Origin: Thermoplasmata archaeon
Lineage (GTDB): Archaea; Thermoplasmatota; Thermoplasmata; Halarchaeoplasmatales; Halarchaeoplasmataceae
Direction: 5' to 3'
Length of the DNA stretch: 61,159 nt
Assembly (NCBI GenBank): GCA_003551065.1
Contig: PULU01000093.1
Location: 1-61,159 of the forward strand
Both the position numbers and the translations under genes were made by a program. The notes beneath the pieces are model-generated. The model saw only the letters and a program-made list of their open reading frames with translations. It was not told the origin of the DNA and did no database searches. Positions 55,311 to 61,159 of this stretch are shown piece after piece. Position 1 is the first letter of the stretch; the number at the start of each line of letters is the position of its first letter.

Positions 55311-55997
55311 ATGAAGGAAGAGATAGTGATATCCATCGGTGGGTCGATATTGTTGCCGGACGATGATAACGTTTCTTACATCCAAGAACTTGCTGAGATC
55401 CTAAAGTCTTTGAAAGAAGTATACAAACTATACCTGGTAGTGGGAGGAGGTAGTACCGCTAGAAAATACATCAAATGGGGAAGGTCCCTAGGTGCTGACG
55501 AAGCTACTCTAGATGAACTCGGGATATCCACATCTAAATTGAATGCGAGATTATTGATAATCGCCATGGGTAAGGACGTTTATCCGATACCCGCCGATAA
55601 CTTCGATGAAGCTATCTCTGCCGGGAACCATTATTCTGTGATCACCATGGGAGGGACACATCCGGGACATACCACCGATGCCGTCGCCGCCATGCTGGCT
55701 GAAAGACTCAACTCTGATAAATTGGTCAATGCAACATCTGTAGATGGTGTGTATACTTCGGATCCAAAAAAAGATAAGGATGCCAAAAAGATACCGGAAC
55801 TGGATTATGATAGGCTGTTGGAGATCGTTTCCAAAAGTGAGGGTGGGGCGGGACCGAACGTAGTATTCGATCCACTGGCTGCTAAGATCATCAAAAGAGC
55901 GAATATCGAAACATCCATCGTGGATGGACGTGATCTAGAATCTTTAAAAAATGCTGTCAGGGGTAAAGAGTTCACGGGGACTAGAGTTACAGGATGA
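55311..55997 (+). CDS. pyrH: Uridylate (UMP) kinase, archaeal type
   Basis: Amino-acid-kinase fold motifs ISIGGS, VVGGGSTAR and GGTHPGHTTDAVAA. Confidence 0.88.
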   Translation: MKEEIVISIGGSILLPDDDNVSYIQELAEILKSLKEVYKLYLVVGGGSTARKYIKWGRSLGADEATLDELGISTSKLNARLLIIAMGKDVYPIPADNFDEAISAGNHYSVITMGGTHPGHTTDAVAAMLAERLNSDKLVNATSVDGVYTSDPKKDKDAKKIPELDYDRLLEIVSKSEGGAGPNVVFDPLAAKIIKRANIETSIVDGRDLESLKNAVRGKEFTGTRVTG

Positions 55998-56105
55998 TCT
56001 AAACACATAAACACAATATTTTATATATTCACTATATAGACTACTTACTAAACTATATTTTATACAGATAAAGTATATATCCCTTATCTCTTTTTCATTT
56101 ATCCG

Positions 56106-56954
56106 ATGAAAATGCAAAAGAAAAGCAAGATGATGGTCATCGGCATGATCGGCATACTTTTAGTTGCCAGTGTTTTGATGACTGGTTGTATCGATGATGG
56201 AGACGAGGACGGAATGAGAAGAGTAACGATAACAGGTTCTTCAACAGTTCTACCTATCGCTGAAACTACTGCAGAGGAATTCAATAGGGAACACGATAAT
56301 ATACGAGTATCAGTCAGTGGTGGAGGTTCGGGATATGGTATAAATGCAATATTGGAAGGAACTGCTGATATAGGTATGGCAAGTAGGGATATCAGTCCTT
56401 CTGAGAAAGAGGACGTTCCCGATGTGGTGGAAACCACAATCGCTAAAGACGGTCTAGCTATAATTGTTAGTAAGACTGTTCATGATGCTGGAGTTCAAGC
56501 GCTGACCACAGAAGAAGTAATCGACATATACTCAGGAGAAATAACAAATTGGATTGATATTGGTGGTCCAGATGAAGACATTTATGTAGTCGAGAGAGCT
56601 GACACATCGGGAACTTATGGAACTTTCATGGAACTATTAGGACTCGAAGATACCGCTGCTCACTCTACACAATTAGAAAATTCCGACGTTAGAAGAACCG
56701 TCGCCACTGCCGATTATGCTATAGGTTATGTAGGTATGGGATACGTAGGTGGAGATGCCCCCTCTGTTAAACTAGATGGATACGAACCTACCATGCAGAA
56801 TGTATTGGAAGGAAATTATCCCTTACAGAGAGGACTACACTATTATACGAACGGTGAACCTTCAGGAGCTGTAAAGGAGTATATAGATTTCGTAATAAGT
56901 GAGAGGGGTCAAGAAATAGTCGAGGAGATCGGATTCATCCCGGTGGATGCGTAA
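56106..56954 (+). CDS. pstS: Phosphate ABC transporter substrate-binding lipoprotein
   Basis: Signal peptide with a lipobox-like LMTGC. PBP motifs GSSTVLP, GGGSGYG and RADTSGT. Confidence 0.85.
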   Translation: MKMQKKSKMMVIGMIGILLVASVLMTGCIDDGDEDGMRRVTITGSSTVLPIAETTAEEFNREHDNIRVSVSGGGSGYGINAILEGTADIGMASRDISPSEKEDVPDVVETTIAKDGLAIIVSKTVHDAGVQALTTEEVIDIYSGEITNWIDIGGPDEDIYVVERADTSGTYGTFMELLGLEDTAAHSTQLENSDVRRTVATADYAIGYVGMGYVGGDAPSVKLDGYEPTMQNVLEGNYPLQRGLHYYTNGEPSGAVKEYIDFVISERGQEIVEEIGFIPVDA

Positions 56955-56978
56955 TTAAGTATATGGGGGTACGAAAAC

Positions 56979-57860
56979 ATGATCTCGAGGAGCAGTAAAG
57001 ACAAGATAATCCGGTTTATTTTCTTCGGGATCGCTACTTTTTCTATCCTTATAATATCCTTTATTTTTTTATTTCTTTTCTCAAGAGCTTATCCAGCTAT
57101 CGAGGAATTTGGTACTGGACTTCTTTCCAACGATTGGAGTGTTGCAAGGAGAGAATTCGGATTATTTCCGGCATTATATGGGTCGGTCTTCGTTGCTGTA
57201 GGAGCACTTTTCGTATCGGTTCCGCTTGGGCTGGGTGCAGCTATTTACCTTTCAGAGATAGCTTCTAACAGAGTCAGAATGATCCTAAAACCTATGATAG
57301 AACTTTTAGCAGGTATACCCAGTATCGTTTATGGATTCATTGGAGCTATACTTTTAGGCCGTTTTCTTTACGACACGTATAATATGAGGGGAGTAAATTC
57401 GTTTTTTGCAGCTATGTTGGTATTGGGTGTCATGGCACTCCCGATTATAATAAGCTTATCAGACGATGCGATGAAGTCTGTTCCAAAAGATATGAAGGAT
57501 GCTAGTTTGGCTTTAGGTGCTACAAAATGGCAGACCATCCGCAACGTTACGATACCTGGAGCTATATCAGGTATTTCCAGTGCAGTTATAATGGGTATGG
57601 GTAGAGCCATAGGGGAAACCATGGCTGTAATGCTTATCATCGGGTCAGTGATGAGGATGCCGGTCCCATTCTTTGACATATTCGATACTGGTCATACACT
57701 GACTGCTCTTATAGCAGTCCAGATGGGAGAATCTCATGGTATCATAATAAATGTCTTGTTCACAGCTGGTGTCATGCTGTTCACCATTGTTGCTATCATG
57801 AGCATAATCTCAGATATACTTCAAACTAGAACAAAACAAAAATACGAGGGGAAAAGATGA
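56979..57860 (+). CDS. pstC: Phosphate ABC transporter permease PstC
   Basis: Six-TM permease with an EAA-like loop ([24 protein letters not shown]). Confidence 0.85.
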   Translation: MISRSSKDKIIRFIFFGIATFSILIISFIFLFLFSRAYPAIEEFGTGLLSNDWSVARREFGLFPALYGSVFVAVGALFVSVPLGLGAAIYLSEIASNRVRMILKPMIELLAGIPSIVYGFIGAILLGRFLYDTYNMRGVNSFFAAMLVLGVMALPIIISLSDDAMKSVPKDMKDASLALGATKWQTIRNVTIPGAISGISSAVIMGMGRAIGETMAVMLIIGSVMRMPVPFFDIFDTGHTLTALIAVQMGESHGIIINVLFTAGVMLFTIVAIMSIISDILQTRTKQKYEGKR

Positions 57861-59080
57861 GTTTAAGAAAGGTCTTGGCATTATGGATATTTATCATTTC
57901 GATAAGTGTGGCCATTTACGGATTTTGGAATATTTATAGTATTTCTGAAGTTGAGTACTGGACCATGGTAGCAAGCCTTTTTTTGATATCTTCAGCATGT
58001 TATGCATCTGGTATCCATCATCATATCATATCTAAAGGACAAAAAGGTTTGCCGATGCTGGTTTATGGAACACTTTTATTGTCAGTTGCTGCCTTCTCAA
58101 TGTATTTACCCACACCAATAGACCTAAGGCCATGGGATATATATGTTAGGATCCCAAACAGGTTCTTCTTTTCCCTTTTCATGTTGCTTTCGGGTCTTTT
58201 TGGAGCTTATTTGAGTTTTAGACCATATTATGATTATAAAAAAGAAGGAGCACAGGTAGGGGCCTATTACATATTTCATCTTACTTTATTATTCACCCTT
58301 CTCCCACTTTTTTTGGTCATATTCAATATTATAACAAGAGGGATAGGTGGTATAACATGGGAATTCTTAACAAAGGATATCGTCAGAATGGGTGAAGAAG
58401 GTGGAGTCTTTCCAGCAATTTTAGGTACATTAGCTATGGTTTCTCTCACAGCCGTTATAGTTCTACCATTGGGTGTGGGCACCGCCATATATCTTTCAGA
58501 ATATGCAAAGAAAGGATTAGCTGTTAGGGTTATACGTACTGCGGTCAATATCTTACAGGGAACGCCTTCTATTGTTCATGGATTATTTGGTTATGCCTTT
58601 TTTGTTCTGTTCTTATTCGATGGGAGAAAGTGTTTGTTGGCTGGATCTTTGACTTTAGCAATACTAACTTTACCTATCGTTACACGTTCAGCAGAGGAGG
58701 CTTTAAATGCGGTACCTAGTGAATTAAGGGATGCAAGCCTAGCATTAGGTGCCACTAAATGGGAGACCATAAAAAATGTAGTTTTACCACCTTCTTTACC
58801 AGGAATATTGACAGGGACAGTGCTGGGACTCGGGAGGGCTGCTGGTGAGACCGCACCGATCATGTTCACCGCAGTTTATTTCTCGGGAGCTGGAACGCCG
58901 AGTAGCTTATTCAGACCGATTCAGGCATTGCCTTACCATCTTCTTTCTTTATACAGATTGATTGGTTACAGGGATGTTGAGCAGCAGGCATGGGCTACCG
59001 CACTTCTTTTACTGCTGATAGTTCTAGGTATCAATTTCACTGCGATAATTGTTAGAGAAAAATATAGACAGAGGTTTTAG
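57857..59080 (+). CDS. pstA: Phosphate ABC transporter permease PstA with an extra N-terminal membrane extension
   Basis: EAA-like loop ([25 protein letters not shown]). About 130 additional N-terminal residues contain several TMs. The start overlaps the pstC stop by 4 nt. Confidence 0.85.
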   Translation: MSLRKVLALWIFIISISVAIYGFWNIYSISEVEYWTMVASLFLISSACYASGIHHHIISKGQKGLPMLVYGTLLLSVAAFSMYLPTPIDLRPWDIYVRIPNRFFFSLFMLLSGLFGAYLSFRPYYDYKKEGAQVGAYYIFHLTLLFTLLPLFLVIFNIITRGIGGITWEFLTKDIVRMGEEGGVFPAILGTLAMVSLTAVIVLPLGVGTAIYLSEYAKKGLAVRVIRTAVNILQGTPSIVHGLFGYAFFVLFLFDGRKCLLAGSLTLAILTLPIVTRSAEEALNAVPSELRDASLALGATKWETIKNVVLPPSLPGILTGTVLGLGRAAGETAPIMFTAVYFSGAGTPSSLFRPIQALPYHLLSLYRLIGYRDVEQQAWATALLLLLIVLGINFTAIIVREKYRQRF

Positions 59081-59082
59081 AT

Positions 59083-59895
59083 ATGTTAGCAAAGATTCGA
59101 GAATTTATTAAAGATGAAACTAAATGTGAACGTATAGATCTACCTGAAAACACAAAGATGAGAGTCCAGGACTTTGATTTATGGTACGATGATACCCAAG
59201 CCTTGAAATCGGTAGATATGGATGTAGAAGAATACAAAGTAACTGCTATTATAGGTCCATCTGGGTGTGGAAAGTCCACTCTTATACGGAGTTTAAACAG
59301 GATGAATGATACTATACCATCAGTAAGAACAGAAGGTAAAGTTTGGCTGGACGGGTACAATGTTTATGATGAAGTTACAGATTGTGTTGATATAAGAAGA
59401 AAAGTAGGGATGGTGTTTCAGAAGCCGAATCCATTCCCCTTTTCTATAGAAGATAACGTGTTTTATGGTTGCGAAGTTAACGGTATGGACATGGATAAAG
59501 AAAAAAAAGTCAAAAAATGTTTGAAAGACGCCGCACTATGGGAAGAAGTCAATGATAGACTGGACGAAAATGCTCTTTCCCTTTCTGGAGGACAGCAGCA
59601 GCGTCTGTGCATTGCTAGGGCGTTAGCTACAGAACCAGAGGTGATCTTGATGGATGAACCCTGTTCTGCATTGGATCCTATAGCTACAGCAAAGATAGAA
59701 GATCTTATAGATGAATTAAAAAACCATTATACCGTTGTGATTGTTACACATAACATGCAGCAGGCCGCTAGAGTCAGTGATTATACCGCTTACATGTACT
59801 TAGGAGAATTGATCGAGTTCGGTGATACGACTCAAATATTTGAGAATCCGCAGGAAAACAGCACTGAGAAATATATCACAGGAAGGTTTGGGTGA
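59083..59895 (+). CDS. pstB: Phosphate ABC transporter ATP-binding protein
   Basis: Walker [13 protein letters not shown] signature [14 protein letters not shown], and Walker B ILMDEP. Confidence 0.93.
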   Translation: MLAKIREFIKDETKCERIDLPENTKMRVQDFDLWYDDTQALKSVDMDVEEYKVTAIIGPSGCGKSTLIRSLNRMNDTIPSVRTEGKVWLDGYNVYDEVTDCVDIRRKVGMVFQKPNPFPFSIEDNVFYGCEVNGMDMDKEKKVKKCLKDAALWEEVNDRLDENALSLSGGQQQRLCIARALATEPEVILMDEPCSALDPIATAKIEDLIDELKNHYTVVIVTHNMQQAARVSDYTAYMYLGELIEFGDTTQIFENPQENSTEKYITGRFG

Positions 59896-59901
59896 ATAAA
59901 T

Positions 59902-60570
59902 ATGACGCCAGATGAAGTAAGAAAATCTTATCATGTAGAGCTCAAGGAACTGAAAAAAATGGTCGAGGAGATGGGAGACTTGTCATCTCAAGCTATTTCT
60001 CTAGCAATCGATAGTTTGGTAAGTCTTGATAATGATAAGATCGAAAAGGTAAAGGAACTGGATAAAAAGATATATGCTTATGATAGGCATATCGAGAAAA
60101 AGGGATTAAAATTGATAGCTTTACAGGCTCCTGTAGCTAAGGACCTAAGATTGATAGGGACTTGTCTTAAGATCATTACGGACCTTGATCGGATCGGACG
60201 GTACTCTGAAGATATCGTGAATGTTTCTAAAAGGATGTTGGGCAAGCAACATATGAAAAAACTTGTATCTATACCCCATATGGCAAACATCACCATAGAG
60301 ATGGTGGATATGGCTGTGGACTCTTTTATGGAAGAAGATGTTTCCTATCTAGATAAGATATATGAGAACGAAGAAAAAGTCGATGCCCTTTATGATGAGA
60401 TATTCAGAGAAGTACTTACCTACATGATGGAAGACAAGAGCACTATCACACAGGGTACTCAGTACATACTAGTTATACGGTATTTGGAAAGGATAGCGGA
60501 CCACGCCTGTAATATCGTTGACAGGGTTGTTTATATGGAAACCGGTGAGAGGATAGAACCAGAAACTTAA
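59902..60570 (+). CDS. phoU: Phosphate uptake regulator PhoU
   Basis: Two PhoU repeats with conserved E/D..D motifs (DLDRIGRYSEDI and LERIADHACNI). Confidence 0.88.
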   Translation: MTPDEVRKSYHVELKELKKMVEEMGDLSSQAISLAIDSLVSLDNDKIEKVKELDKKIYAYDRHIEKKGLKLIALQAPVAKDLRLIGTCLKIITDLDRIGRYSEDIVNVSKRMLGKQHMKKLVSIPHMANITIEMVDMAVDSFMEEDVSYLDKIYENEEKVDALYDEIFREVLTYMMEDKSTITQGTQYILVIRYLERIADHACNIVDRVVYMETGERIEPET

Positions 60571-60587
60571 AAGTTAAGAGGATAAAA

Positions 60588-61159
60588 ATGAAAGATATGA
60601 AAATACTCCTGATATCGGATGTACACGGTAATTACGAAGCTTTGAAGAAAGTGATAGAACTAGAGGACTATTCGATGATGTACTGTATGGGTGATATCGT
60701 AGATTACGGACCTTCCCCACAGGAATGTATTGATCTGATAAGAAAAGAGGCTGATATAGTCGTAAGAGGTAATCATGATAATGCAGTGGCCTTTGGAGTG
60801 GATTGTGGATGTGGATACGAACTGAAAGATCTCTCTCAAGAGGTGAGGGAGATAACCATCGAGGATATTGATGGAGAGTCTCTGGACTATCTTGGAGGAT
60901 TACCCATAGATGTGGAAACTGAGGATCACTTTATCACACACGCATCGAAAGGTGATATGTTCAAGTATTTGAAACCGAACACAGAAGAAAATGAGTTCAA
61001 AGAGTTCAACGGTGTTGAACAAGATCTAGTGTTTCTAGGTCACACCCATATACAGATGGACCGTGAGGTCGATGGTAAGAGATTCGTTAATCCTGGCAGT
61101 ATCGGGCAGCCTAGAGATGGTGATAACAGAGCTGCATATGCGGTAATTGAAGATGGGGA
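60588..61159 (+). CDS. YfcE/MJ0936-type metallophosphoesterase (3' end beyond the window)
   Basis: The open frame from the ATG at 60588 runs to the window end. Motifs are LISDVHGN, GDIVDYGP, RGNHD, GHTH and NPGSIGQPRDGD. Confidence 0.75.
   Translation, partial: MKDMKILLISDVHGNYEALKKVIELEDYSMMYCMGDIVDYGPSPQECIDLIRKEADIVVRGNHDNAVAFGVDCGCGYELKDLSQEVREITIEDIDGESLDYLGGLPIDVETEDHFITHASKGDMFKYLKPNTEENEFKEFNGVEQDLVFLGHTHIQMDREVDGKRFVNPGSIGQPRDGDNRAAYAVIEDG

Noticed and set aside
1-61159. Searched by eye for CRISPR arrays, long tandem repeats, IS elements, integrases and prophage-like blocks.
   Set aside because: All intergenic regions are at most about 610 bp and contain no regularly spaced repeats. 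No transposase, integrase or viral hallmark ORF was recognised. The only mobile-type module is the HEPN-MNT pair.

Overview
This is an archaeal chromosomal window of about 61 kb. It is AT-rich, very tightly packed, and holds roughly 70 genes. Archaeal identity rests on TFB, MBF1, aEF-1beta with its Zn-ribbon partner, exosome Csl4, MptE-type HPPK, archaeal phosphopantothenate synthetase, and a complete Thermococcales-style 14-gene mbhA-N membrane-bound [NiFe] hydrogenase/Mrp cluster (25149-33260, minus strand) with a convergent hycI protease. Most predicted proteins are strikingly acidic, which suggests a salt-in halophile, but I cannot name the organism. Other recognisable genes are gdhA, valS, ahcY, pcm, trxB, pyrH, pstSCAB-phoU, zupT, a Dps-like ferritin, a CDF exporter, a DASS permease, an Ogg-type glycosylase and a HEPN-MNT toxin-antitoxin pair. 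I found no rRNA, tRNA, CRISPR array, transposase or integrase. The most interesting observations are these. (1) gdhA is followed, apparently in one operon, by two tandem ~1000-aa paralogs. They keep only the ATP-grasp (PPDK_N) part of PEP-utilising dikinases and lack a recognisable phosphohistidine swivel and PEP/pyruvate domain. They share a distinct C-terminal GPGRWGS...G[ST]HFF[HQ]D module and carry different sensor and nucleotidyltransferase fusions. (2) A translationally coupled Roadblock/LC7 gene and a two-domain KaiC/GvpD-like ATPase gene lie next to two tiny coiled-coil genes. (3) A 1751-aa two-TM envelope protein has a cytoplasmic (HhH)2 + Zn-ribbon head and an internally duplicated ectodomain. 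(4) There are two homopolymer-associated frame breaks, a recurrent GGTAATTTGTTT intergenic motif, and an orphan wHTH gene beside the hydrogenase cluster. All functional names come from motif recognition by eye. No database search was run.
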